Notes under the pieces: generated by a model
Told to the model about the DNA's origin: nothing
Seen by the model: only the letters and a program-made list of their open reading frames with translations
Database searches by the model: none
Part shown: in pieces, positions 41,079 through 51,766 of the stretch
Layout: each line of letters begins with the position of its first letter
Numbering within the stretch: the first letter of the stretch is position 1
Position numbers and translations under genes: made by a program
IMG/VR virus record: IMGVR_UViG_3300020048_000048
Span: 56,615-120,614 of that record
Direction: 5' to 3' (one strand)
DNA length: 64,000 bases
Source of the DNA: a virus

Positions 41079-42236
41079 ATGAAAGCGCACAAAATAAGAA
41101 TTTTCCCTAATAAAGAACAAGAAGCTTATTTAATAAAAGCTTGTGGAACCTCCAGATTTGCTTATAACTGGGCGTTAAGCAAATGGAAAGAACAGTACGA
41201 AGCAGGGTTAAAACCAAATGTAAACCAACTTAATAAAGAACTTAATTCTGTTAAAAAAGAGCGGTTCCCATGGATGTTGGAAGTGACTAAATGTGCCCCA
41301 CAAAGGGCTATAAAAGATTTAGGAACGGCTTTTGACAGATTCTTCAAGAAACAAAACGGTTATCCTAAATTTAAGAAGAAAGGACAAAAGGACAGTTTTT
41401 ACATTTCTAACGACCAGTGTGAAATTATTGGTAAGGAACTATTTGTTCCTAAGTTAAAGATGCCTATTAATTGTTCAGAAGAACTTCGTTTTACTGGTAA
41501 GAAAATGAGTTATGTAATTAGTAGGGATGTTGACAGATGGTATGTTTCAATTACGGTAGAAACTGACCATAAACTTCAAAGAAAAGAATCTCGTGGTACG
41601 GTCGGCATCGACTTGGGCATTAAAACACTGGCAACTTTAAGTGATGGAGTTATTTTTGAAACGAAGAAGTTCTATCACAAAGCAGAAAAAAAGTTAAAAA
41701 AATTACAAAGAAGGTTAAGTAAGAAACAAAAAGGGTCAGCTAATAGAGCAAAAGCCAAGCTTAAGTTAGCGAAACAACACCGAAAGATTAGATTTGCTCG
41801 CAAAGATTACCTACATCAAATTACGACATTTGTTGTTACTCATTATAACAAGGTAGTTATTGAAGACTTAAATGTGAAGGGAATGGTTAAAAATCACAAA
41901 CTCGCCAAAGCCATTAGTAATATGGGATTCGGAACTTTCCGATCCATGCTTGAAACAAAGGCTAAAGACTGTGATTGTGAAGTGATTGTTGCCGATAGAT
42001 TCTTTGCTTCTTCAAAGCTTTGCAGTAAGTGCGGTAATAAAAAAGTAGATTTAAAACTTTCCGATAGGATTTATAAGTGTGAGTGTTGCGGTTTGGAAAT
42101 AGACCGAGACCTTAACGCATCGATAAATCTAAGGGAATTAGGGTCTCGCCGACCCGATGAGCCTGTGGACTCGACAGAGGACCTTAGCAATAAGGCAGTT
42201 GGGAATGAAGCAGGAACTGGAGTTAACTTATGTTAA
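41079..42236 (+). CDS. tnpB: TnpB RNA-guided endonuclease (IS200/IS605/IS607 family)
   Basis: N-terminal HTH (KIRIFP...RFAYNWAL), RuvC motifs GIDLG, IEDL and DRDLNA, zinc ribbon CSKC/CECC. Confidence 0.93.
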   Translation: MKAHKIRIFPNKEQEAYLIKACGTSRFAYNWALSKWKEQYEAGLKPNVNQLNKELNSVKKERFPWMLEVTKCAPQRAIKDLGTAFDRFFKKQNGYPKFKKKGQKDSFYISNDQCEIIGKELFVPKLKMPINCSEELRFTGKKMSYVISRDVDRWYVSITVETDHKLQRKESRGTVGIDLGIKTLATLSDGVIFETKKFYHKAEKKLKKLQRRLSKKQKGSANRAKAKLKLAKQHRKIRFARKDYLHQITTFVVTHYNKVVIEDLNVKGMVKNHKLAKAISNMGFGTFRSMLETKAKDCDCEVIVADRFFASSKLCSKCGNKKVDLKLSDRIYKCECCGLEIDRDLNASINLRELGSRRPDEPVDSTEDLSNKAVGNEAGTGVNLC

Positions 42237-42265
42237 CTAAAGAAAGGCATTTTGTGAGTAAAAAA
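42140..42265 (+). ncRNA. Putative TnpB omega-RNA (scaffold plus guide)
   Basis: Overlaps the tnpB 3' end. Hairpins GGGTC/GACCC, CCTTA-GCAA-TAAGG and AGTTAAC/GTTAACT, plus CCTG...GAAGCAGG pairing. Boundaries are approximate. Confidence 0.55.
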
Positions 42266-44170
42266 TAGTTCTAAAGTTTTTTTCCAAAGTTCCGTTAAGT
42301 ATATTAGGAGGTGGTGTATGAGCTTGATTTTTATTTATTTGGTGGGAATGTTCTGTTTCCACTTTGTTTTCGTATTGTTTTTTAAAGACCTTTTTGAACT
42401 ATTACAAACAAGTAATCAAAAAGCTAATATCGACGACCTTTTGGTTGCTGGTTTGATTTTTGGGTTTTTAAGCTGGATTGGTGTTGTGTTATTATTTTCA
42501 TTAATCTCTTGCGATAAGGAGTTTCAATAATGGGAGCACCTGAGTTTTTTCCTTGGGATGATTTTGAAGAGTTTGAAAATGAAGAAATTTTAGAACCACA
42601 AGGGGGTTGGGATGAATGAGTTAAACCTTAATGAAATTATTGTTCAAATTCGCAAAGAAAGAACCTCTCAAGTGGACATTCTTTTAGCACAGTTATTTTG
42701 GGACTTGAAAGAGGTTTGTGATGATATTGAGGCTCACTATTTGCAATCTTATCTTCAAAACGACATTTATTTTATGACTCCAAGTTTTGAAGACGTGAAA
42801 ATTCCCTGTAAAGAAGACCCCTACACAAAACGAAAAATTGTCAGTAGGATTTTAACCTACAAGCCAGATTTTAATTATATTCAAGTTGATTAGGAGGCAT
42901 TTATGTTTTTTATAGACATTTTCAATGGCAAAGTTATTGTTAAGATGGGAGACGAATCAATTTGTGCTCCATATAGTAGTAGTTATTTTAAAAGTGATAA
43001 CTTCACTATTGAAGATGTTGTTATTAAGGGTCAATATGTAAAATTTTGTAATTTTCAAAAAGTTACTGACGATAGTTGGAGTATAACTATTGGATATTGC
43101 GTCAATAATTGTATTACTTCGTTCAAAACAACCACAATTAGTGACGAAGATTACATTTTGGAACTGGCAACTTTTAACCAAGGTCTAAAACTTGACATTA
43201 AATCGCAAGAAAAAAAAGTTCGTCAAGAAATGTTTAAGCAACTTTTTAGGAAAACTGCATAATGTGGAAACTTTGCATAAACGGTGTTCATAATTTTCAA
43301 GAAGCTTTAGATGGCTTTGTAAAAGTATTTGACGTTAAGACTTATTTAAAGCTAAAAGAACAAGATGATCATTACAAAGCTATGTGTAATGGTTATTGTT
43401 GCGATATTTGGGTCAAAGGTGACTGTTTTGTTTTTTTAAATTTTGCTTATTTACCTTATCCTGATGAAGACGACAGGTTAATATTTAATGAAAAAATTGA
43501 AGAACTCGTTTATGATGTAATAAAAATAGAATCATCTAATCCCAAAGATTTTCAGTTTGTTGTTAATTTTCTAAAGAAAAACATTACAATCGCAAACATG
43601 GACCGAAATTTTAACTTGCGAAAAAAAGTTCTAAAGTTTTTTCCATAAAATGCCGTTAAGTATAGTATGGAGGTGCTTTATGGACGTTTTTGAAGTTCTA
43701 AAAAAATCTAAAAATACAACAAGAAGTTATATGAATACCGTTGTTGTGCAAGACGGATATGCTTGCGTAACAAACGGCGCTTTAGTTATGTGTGACGATA
43801 GTTTTTTAAAAGATGGTCATTATGGTGAAAATAGAATGAAAGCTTTCCCAGAATTATTTTTAAAGTATGAAGAATATCAGTCAATATTTAAAAAAATAAA
43901 ATCGTTGTCTTTTGAAAAATTTGAACTCAATCCTTTTTTAAAGAATGTTAGTAAATGTGCAGTTATTGAAAACTTTTGGATTGATAGTGTTGTTACTCAA
44001 GAATTTAAAAGAAAACTTTCTGTTGACTTTCAGTCATACAAGTTAATCAAGAGTTCTGAGGAAGTTTTTCTTTCTCAAGACGGGCGGTTTTTAAGCAACT
44101 CAAAAAATCCTTGTAAATCTTTTGAAAATAAAGAACTGGTCTGGATTTTGCCAGTTTTTGTGGAGATAAA

Positions 44171-45013
44171 ATGATCACTTTGCCAATAATTAAGGGGAAT
44201 GTTTCAAAATCACTTGCATCTTCAAGGGCAAGTTTTGAAGATAAAACGAAGCTGACGGGTGAACATTATGCTTATTATAATAAAGTTATTCCAGAGATTT
44301 TATTAAAAATGTTTAAGTCAACCGAAATTGCCGTCCAAATGTCTCAAGGTATTGCTCTAGGTTCTGCTGGACCTCAAGCTGTAATTAAAGGCTCAATCCC
44401 ATTTACAACTACTTCTAAAATGAAAATTGGAATGGATAAACAGAAGCTTACTGACGAAATGATTGAACTTCATTTTGCATTTTTGTCAAACTTAATAAAA
44501 CCAACAGTAAACCCAAAACATTTAGAAGGGATTTTAGTTCCTCCCGAAACAAAGGCAGAAAGAGTTTTTTACAAAGCATTTATTGATGGAATTATAGATT
44601 CGGTTAATCAGGCTGGTTTTGTGGATTTAATTTTTAAATTAGGAATAATGCCTCCATATATTTTAAGTGTCGCTAATGCAATTCCTCTTCTTTACAAGGA
44701 AAGTCGAATAGACGGACCTTTCTTAGATGTAAAGATGGAAGCTTCCCAAATTGAAAGTATGTGGTTTCAGGAAGTTCAAGATTTTTACGGAACTGATCAG
44801 CCACCTTTTTCAAATACGCAATGGACAGCCTATGCTAAGTCACTTGGAAAAACGTTAAAGGCTGTTATGGAAAAAATTAGTTTGGACACGAAAACAACCA
44901 TCAACGGAAGTGTAATTGTTGGTGCAATTGGAATGTCACCAGATATTGTTGTTAGTATGACGAATGCCCCGAATTTAGTGTTGGTGAAGAAAAATAAATT
45001 CAAGGTTTCTTAA
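44171..45013 (+). CDS. Hypothetical protein
   Basis: 280-aa ORF with a GGAG SD; no motif recognised. Confidence 0.6.
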   Translation: MITLPIIKGNVSKSLASSRASFEDKTKLTGEHYAYYNKVIPEILLKMFKSTEIAVQMSQGIALGSAGPQAVIKGSIPFTTTSKMKIGMDKQKLTDEMIELHFAFLSNLIKPTVNPKHLEGILVPPETKAERVFYKAFIDGIIDSVNQAGFVDLIFKLGIMPPYILSVANAIPLLYKESRIDGPFLDVKMEASQIESMWFQEVQDFYGTDQPPFSNTQWTAYAKSLGKTLKAVMEKISLDTKTTINGSVIVGAIGMSPDIVVSMTNAPNLVLVKKNKFKVS

Positions 45014-45046
45014 AAAGTTCCGTTAAGTAAAGAAGAAGGGGGTTTT

Positions 45047-45835
45047 ATGGTTGAAATTTTAAAACTGTATGACAGTTATACCGAACAATTACTTGCATTA
45101 GCTGGTAATTCAAAGTCGTTTGATTACCCTTGTCAAAATGTTCCAAAAGCAATTGACAATTTAATACAGTCTGAACCATATTCGGGTCATGATTTGGTTA
45201 CGGGGCTTCTTCCCGTCCTTGTTAATTGTGAACTTTCTAAGCCAGAAAGGTGTTTGTTATTATTTAATTATGGCAAATATATGAATGTTAGTTCACAAAG
45301 TTTAATGCACAGGAATTTGGCAAACCTCCCCTTAGAAGAGGTTGATACGAGTTTTTCATATGGATTCAGTTTTGTAGCAAACGTTAGGTTGTTTAAAAGA
45401 ATGTTAATGGATTTTCCAATTACTGGTCAAGAAAATAACAAAGGGCTTGATGACTTATTAACATCAATAAGTGAATTTTTAAGGTCACATTTTGATATTA
45501 ATATAAATCATGTAGAGAATGATTCTTTTAATTATTTTAAACATGATGGTGTAAGTTTTCAAATAAATTCAAGAAAAGTAAATAAGAACGCTTGGTACAT
45601 ACGTTTTAATGGTTTTGACTTAAGTTTTATAGAACAATTGCTGAGGTACTCAAGTGGAACTGTTTGGACTGGGCTTGGCAAAAACCTTTTTAGGAAAGGA
45701 AAAATTACTGACACTCAATATGGCGTTGAAGGTGTTTTTACATTAAAGCAAATTCAAGTTATTATTAGTCAAAGAATAAACCACAAACTGCCACAATGGC
45801 AATTGGTTTGTGAGAAACTAAAGGAGCTTGTATGA
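45047..45835 (+). CDS. Hypothetical protein (weak ThyX-like resemblance)
   Basis: Has its own sigma-28-like promoter; lacks the RHR motif of ThyX. Confidence 0.45.
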   Translation: MVEILKLYDSYTEQLLALAGNSKSFDYPCQNVPKAIDNLIQSEPYSGHDLVTGLLPVLVNCELSKPERCLLLFNYGKYMNVSSQSLMHRNLANLPLEEVDTSFSYGFSFVANVRLFKRMLMDFPITGQENNKGLDDLLTSISEFLRSHFDININHVENDSFNYFKHDGVSFQINSRKVNKNAWYIRFNGFDLSFIEQLLRYSSGTVWTGLGKNLFRKGKITDTQYGVEGVFTLKQIQVIISQRINHKLPQWQLVCEKLKELV

Positions 45836-46365
45836 TCTATATTGATATTGACGGTGTGTTGACTTTGTTCGCATCAACTGTAAATAAAGTCTGTGGAACG
45901 AACATCACCAGAATTAACAGTTATGGTTTGGATGATTTTGAAAGTCCTACAAAAGAAAAAGATTTTGAAAAAGTAAAAAATACTTTTGCAGACCCTGCTC
46001 TTTATGTTGAAAGTTGTGTTGCAAATTGGAACCTTATTACTAAACTTAGACCGTTAAAAGATAATTTTAAAATATTAACGGCAAGGCGTGAAGAAAATGC
46101 TGAGCTTACTAAAAAATGGTTAAAATTTGTTGGGTTAGACGGTGTCGAGGTTTTTTATCAAGTGAACAAGCATGAGTTTTTATTGCCAGAAGATATTCTT
46201 ATTGACGATTGTGTAAAAAATGTGGCACTTTGTTTAATAAATAACCGTAAGGCGGTGTTGTATCAAAATCCTGAGTGTATTTTTAAAAAAGAAAAAAAAG
46301 AATTTGGTATTAAAAAAACTGTCAACGATATTGAAGTTGAACTTTTATTGAAGAGGAGTTGTTAA
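45832..46365 (+). CDS. HAD-family 5'(3')-deoxyribonucleotidase-like protein
   Basis: DIDGVL, ILTAR, K and LIDD motifs. Confidence 0.8.
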   Translation: MIYIDIDGVLTLFASTVNKVCGTNITRINSYGLDDFESPTKEKDFEKVKNTFADPALYVESCVANWNLITKLRPLKDNFKILTARREENAELTKKWLKFVGLDGVEVFYQVNKHEFLLPEDILIDDCVKNVALCLINNRKAVLYQNPECIFKKEKKEFGIKKTVNDIEVELLLKRSC

Positions 46366-47665
46366 TCATGGATTTGGTAAAAATTGCCCATAAAGTTAAA
46401 GAAATAGAGAAGATGGTTGTTTTAGTTCCTCAAGAAAACTTAACAGAAATTCAAAATCTTATTCAAGAAAAGGAAGAGCTTTTAGAATTTATCTTAAATT
46501 GTAAAAAGAAGTATTACGGAGAAGACGCATTAAAAAGAAGACAACAGAGAAAGGAAGAATATCTTTTAAACAAAAAAAGGAAATATAAGAAATGTTAAAA
46601 AGAAAAAGTGCCATTAGGAGTTATTGTAATCATATTCAAAATGTGTTGATTTTTTCAAAGTGTATTTACTACAAACACACTTTTGTTCATACAGATTGGG
46701 ATAAGTTTGCAATAACTGATTTTCAGTATGACAGTTTGGAGAACGTTTTACAAAGATATTATGAAGTTTATGGCGATAAATTTCCCGTTTTAGAGTATGT
46801 TGGGTTTGGCGATTTCAATTATGTTCAAGACAATTACATTGACGAGTTAGTTATAAGGTCCATGTCAAGTGAAATTGCCGAAATGTGCTCCAAACCTTAC
46901 AAAGAAGTTGCACACAACCTTTTTACCATTAACACTCTAAACTCTTTCTGGTGGCTTTTTCGTGAAACCAAGAAGGGTTTGAAACTAAAGGAGTTAAAAT
47001 TTTGATTTTTTTAATAACACTTTTAATTGATATTTTAAGACTACTTGTTGAATATAAAAAAGCTGGGAAAATGAAAAGCTGTAACGTTTTTCACCCAGTT
47101 TCATTATTCTTAGAACTTGGAACATCTTTTCTCTTGTATTGGCTATTAATGCACTTCACAGGAATGATTTTACTTGTTATTTTTGTAGCAATGTTGAAAA
47201 TAACCGTTTCTTTAGTGTTAACAAAGGATGAAATGGTGCAATATCTTGAAGAAAAAAGTGAAAGTTTTGCAAAGTTGGGAATAAAATGAGAATTGAAAAT
47301 TTTATTATGAAAGCGAATGTTTTGATATTAAATAATGAAATGGTGAACATTTGTACCAGAAAAGGAATTGTCTGCATAACTATTGAAGAATATAAAGAAC
47401 TTGGAAAAATTGAAATAATGAAACGTTATAAACTGCAAGAAATAATTGAACAAACTATTCTTTTCAATGTAAAATTTTAGTCGTTATTGTATGCATCTAC
47501 TTCAAAGTGAATCATTCTGTAAGCTTTATTTATAGAACAAAGTCTTACCAAGGCAAGGCAACCAGTTGATAATTAAGAATATTAAAAAATAAATCATAAA
47601 AAACCTCCTTTTTTACTAAAGTTATTTTAAAAAATGCCGATAAAAAACATATAGGAGGTGATGGT

Positions 47666-48256
47666 ATGAGAGTTAGAATTACAAAAAAAGCTTGTATATC
47701 TTTAGATATCATTGATAACGAGGTAGTTCTTAGTCATCCAGATTTTATAAAGCCTGAAGTGATAGAGGATTTTTTAAAGAGAAACGCAAGAAGCGTTGAA
47801 AAGTTAGAAAAACATACTAAACTCATTCCATTTAAAGGCGTAGTTTTAACTTTTGTCGAAGGTTCTAATTTTGTATTAGGAGAAACAACTGTCACCGCTC
47901 CTACAACAAAAGATGCTTATAAAGGTCTTTTGAAAATTTTTAAAAAAGAAGTAGAGGCAATGATTTCTCACCATTGCCAGTTAATGGGAACAAGTGTTAG
48001 AGTTATTAAATTTTCAGATACCAAAACTAAATGGGGTTCTATGAGTGGAAGTGGAGAAATACAAATCTCCCACAAACTTATGATGCACGGGGTGGAATCT
48101 TGGAACCTCACTGTGGTTCATGAGCTTTGCCATCGGTTTCATTTTAACCATAAGCCAGAGTTTTACAGGATGTTAGAGATTTTTGTTCCAAATCATTTAG
48201 AAATTGGATTAAAAAGGGATAACTTTACTCAAGTTTACAACCAAATGTGCCGTTAA
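47666..48256 (+). CDS. YgjP/M48-like zinc metallo-hydrolase
   Basis: KTKWGS and VVHELCH...NH...FY motifs. Confidence 0.8.
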   Translation: MRVRITKKACISLDIIDNEVVLSHPDFIKPEVIEDFLKRNARSVEKLEKHTKLIPFKGVVLTFVEGSNFVLGETTVTAPTTKDAYKGLLKIFKKEVEAMISHHCQLMGTSVRVIKFSDTKTKWGSMSGSGEIQISHKLMMHGVESWNLTVVHELCHRFHFNHKPEFYRMLEIFVPNHLEIGLKRDNFTQVYNQMCR

Positions 48257-48876
48257 GTATAATAGGAGGTGTTTATGAAAGGTCAATACGATTCGTTAAA
48301 AAGTGCAGACAGGATTTTAGCCAGAGAAAGGTTGAAAGATGTCTTAGTTTTTATTGAAATTTACAAGGGAAAGTTAGAAACTGAAACTTTGGAAAAAAAG
48401 AAAAAATATATCGTCAAGCACTTGAAAGAACTAGAAAAAGAAGCGAAAAAATGGAAAAAGGAGGCTGACTTATGGTGAGATTTGTTATTATTATTTTACT
48501 TATGGCTTTATTTTCGTATGTTATGAACTTTTATGTATTCCCATGGCTCTTGTCCAGTGGAATACTTTATGCAATTTTTTTAATTATTACAGGAGGTTGA
48601 TATGTGTACTATTGTTTATGTGGAAGAAATTCCAATTAAAGTTAGGTTTCGTGGTGACTTCGCTATACTTTCAGTTTATGGTTATGTCTTTTCAAGAGTT
48701 AGTTGTTATAATTTAGATTATGAAGAAATTCGGTCTGAATTTAATAACCACAAAGAGCGGGTTCTTGAAATTTTAGAAAACCAACTTGATTACAAAATTG
48801 AAAGTTTGTCTTTAATTAAAAATACAATTCAAAATTTAAACACTTTAGAAAAAATTAAAGTGTTAAAGGGAGTTTT

Positions 48877-49254
48877 ATGAAAGTTGCTGTAATAGGTAGT
48901 AGGAATTTTAATGATTACGACCTTTTAACAATGGTTTTAAAAGGTTTTAAAGTAAAGACAATTGTTTCAGGAGGTGCTTCAGGAGCCGATTCTTTGGCTG
49001 AAAGATTTGCAAAAGAGCACAATATTCCTATTAAGATTTTCAAAGCAGATTGGCAAGATTTTAGTGAACCTTGTGTTATAAAGGTCAACAATTTTGGAAA
49101 ATATAATGCATTAGCTGGTCATAAAAGAAATGAAAAAGTTGTTTCTGACGTTGATGTTGTGATTGCTTTTTGGGACGGAAAAAGTTCTGGAACAAAAGAT
49201 GCTATAAAAAAAGCTGAAAGTAAAGGCATCACTGTAACTATTGTGAGGTTTTAA
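48877..49254 (+). CDS. SLOG-family (DUF2493/YspA-like) protein
   Basis: VIGSR, VSGGASGAD, AGHKRN and AFWDGKSSGT motifs. Confidence 0.85.
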   Translation: MKVAVIGSRNFNDYDLLTMVLKGFKVKTIVSGGASGADSLAERFAKEHNIPIKIFKADWQDFSEPCVIKVNNFGKYNALAGHKRNEKVVSDVDVVIAFWDGKSSGTKDAIKKAESKGITVTIVRF

Positions 49255-49731
49255 ATGATCTTCTTTACAGCAGATAATCACTTTGGGCATCAAAATATTA
49301 TTAAATACTGTAAAAGACCTTTTGCAAATGTGGAAGAAATGGATCAAACAATGATGAAAAACTGGAATGAAGTTGTTAAAGATTGTGATACTGTTTATAT
49401 TGTTGGTGACTTTTCTTTTTATGATGCTGTAAAAACAAAAGAGATTATTGACCAGCTAAAGGGTGAAAAAATTCTCATTAAAGGTAACCATGACCGTAAT
49501 TATGTTGTAAAACTGTTTGAAAAATCTTACACACATTTGTTTGTTTCAGGGATTCTTCTTGAACACAATTCGGAATTTAAAAAATTATTTCATGGAGATG
49601 TTCGGTGTATTTGTGGACATGTTCATGATCTGTTTTTATATCGTGACGGATGCTTAAATGTTGGAGTTGACTGCTGGAGTTTTAAGCCAGTAAGTTTTGA
49701 ACGTGTATTAGAACTTTTTGAAAAAGCTTAA
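49255..49731 (+). CDS. Calcineurin-like metallophosphoesterase
   Basis: DNHFGH, GD, GNHD, GHVH and NVGVD motifs. Confidence 0.88.
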   Translation: MIFFTADNHFGHQNIIKYCKRPFANVEEMDQTMMKNWNEVVKDCDTVYIVGDFSFYDAVKTKEIIDQLKGEKILIKGNHDRNYVVKLFEKSYTHLFVSGILLEHNSEFKKLFHGDVRCICGHVHDLFLYRDGCLNVGVDCWSFKPVSFERVLELFEKA

Positions 49732-51602
49732 AAATGCCCTTGGTTGAGTTTTTAAATAATTTGTGAATCTTTGTTCAAATGCGTTTGTAAAATTCAATGT
49801 AGGTCAATTTTGAATCATCTGTGGGTATTTTTTTAAATAAAAATAGTTCTAAAGTTTTTAAAAAAAATGCCGTTAAGTAAAGTAGGAGGTTTTTTTATGA
49901 TTGATGTTGAAAAATACGAAGCAAATAAAGAATTTATTTCACCAAACGTCTTTAAGATTGAAAGATTTAGTGAAAGAATTTTTGTGTACGATAAAAAAGT
50001 TCACATTGAAATATTGCCAGATGGTTTTTTGTCTTTTAAAAAAGGTGGGAAATCATTCAACCCTCAATTGGTGACAATGTTAACTATATCTATAGCATTA
50101 AGACATTTTTTACAACTACAGGTTGATTTAGATGAGGAACTTATTGAAAAAATTCACATCATGAAAGGATGTCAATAATGGAATGTAAACTTGTGTTAGA
50201 ATTTTGTGAAAGTAATTGGCGTTGCTCTTGTGATTCTTTTGACTTTATGGGCGAACCTAATTATTCCTTTGGAGACACCCCAGAAGAAGCTTTAGAAAAC
50301 TTCAGCAAATACGTTTTTGATTTAGAAATTTTAACAAAAAGATCAAGAGCTTTAAATTTAGGGAGTTATAAAATGGAGGTTTATCGTTTAAAAAATTTAT
50401 TAGAAGATCTTAACTCTTCTGAAGAATCTAAATATCTTAACATTGAGGCACTTTGGGATTTAAAAATAGAGATCGAAGGTTACATTGAAAGGTATGAAAA
50501 TGTAATTAAGCTTGGAAATTTAGGAAACATTAAGTTTTCAATTGAAACAACTATAGGAGAGCTTAAAGAATTAGTGGCAACAATTAAACAAACAAGAGAC
50601 AATTTGAAAAATAATTTCATACAGGAGGTAGGAAAATGAACGATGAAGTAATTCGCTCCATTTTTAAACTTAATTGTAATGGTGAACTTTTTGGTAAATG
50701 GCATGATGGTCAATTTTGTCAAAATGGCGATTTTATTAAAGTTGAAATGTGGAAAGGTTTTTATAAAAGTCTTCTTGTTGAAGGTGAAGAAGTTTTCTTT
50801 CCAAGGATTGTTTATTTGGCAAAAAACCCTTATTCTTAAGGAGTTAGTATGAATCACAATGAACTTTTAAGCTTAATCAAAGCATCTCAAAACTGGGAGT
50901 TGTCTTTTGATGAAACTCTTAATAGTTACATGGGAGATGAAAATAAAGCTAATGTTACGGAATTGTTAAAAAACACTGATTTTCCTTATCAGGAAAAAGA
51001 ATTTTATTATAATTTTTATTATTTCCCAGTAGAGGAATTTTATATCTGCCTTAAAGCGTTCGTTCCTTATGAGGGGGAAATTATGTTTACGGACATTTTT
51101 CTAACTGAAAGAAAATGCACTTTAAGTTATTGTTATGCAAGGAAAAGACCATGATAAAAATTTCAGGAGGGACACGGTTTCAGTATGTGAAAAATGTAAA
51201 CAGGAGCGTTTTTATAACTGGCTTCAATCACTGTTTACAAATAAAAAATGAAGCGATTGACGCAATTACTACCTTTTTAGAGAAAAATTGCTTTAACGAA
51301 AACGTAAAAGAAGTTTTTGGTGATTATATTTTTGAGATAAAAAACTATGAACTTATTATTCAAGAAGGTTGTGTTTCCAAATACAAGCTAAAAGAGCAAC
51401 AAGTGATTCACTTTTTGTATTTTTTAAAGGAGGTTTGCGATGACGATAGCGATAATGTGGGATAATGTCCCAAACGCAAAATTTTTTGTAAAGTGCTTAA
51501 ATGATGAACAAAAAAAGATATTCAACAATTATTACAATTTTAGAAAGTTTTTTTAACAAAAGCGCTAAAGGTTTTTTAAAAAGTTCCGTTAAGTATAATA
51601 TG

Positions 51603-51719
51603 ACCAAGATCGTCTAAGGGCTTAGGACAGCTTTTACTGTGAAGTGCAAGTTCAATTCTTGCTTAAGAGTAGGAACTCATCACGACAAGCAAATGGAAGT
51701 TCAAATCTTCCTCTTGGTA
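51603..51719 (+). ncRNA. tRNA-like RNA with an expanded anticodon arm
   Basis: Acceptor ACCAAGA/TCTTGGT plus discriminator A, D arm GTCT/GGAC, T arm GGAAG-TTCAAAT-CTTCC. A 53-nt insert with a second T-arm sits in the anticodon position. Own promoter at 51566. Confidence 0.75.
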
Positions 51720-51729
51720 TTTTTTAACA

Positions 51730-51766
51730 GTCGCTAACTTCTTGTTATAAGTTGGTGACATTTTTT
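51730..51766 (+). terminator. Intrinsic terminator-like hairpin after the tRNA-like RNA
   Basis: GTCGCTAACTT/AAGTTGGTGAC stem (with G-U pairs) followed by ATTTTTT. Confidence 0.6.

Noticed and set aside
41079-42236. TnpB as a nuclease-dead TldR-type repressor (tempting given the sigma-28 link)
   Set aside because: All three RuvC acidic residues (GIDLG, IEDL, DRD) are intact.
45047-45835. ThyX thymidylate synthase
   Set aside because: Only a vague resemblance; the RHRxxSxxxxSxR signature is absent.
51603-51719. Standard tRNA or tmRNA call
   Set aside because: No 7-nt anticodon loop can be assigned. It has a D stem and lacks the G3-U70 pair, tag ORF and length of tmRNA.
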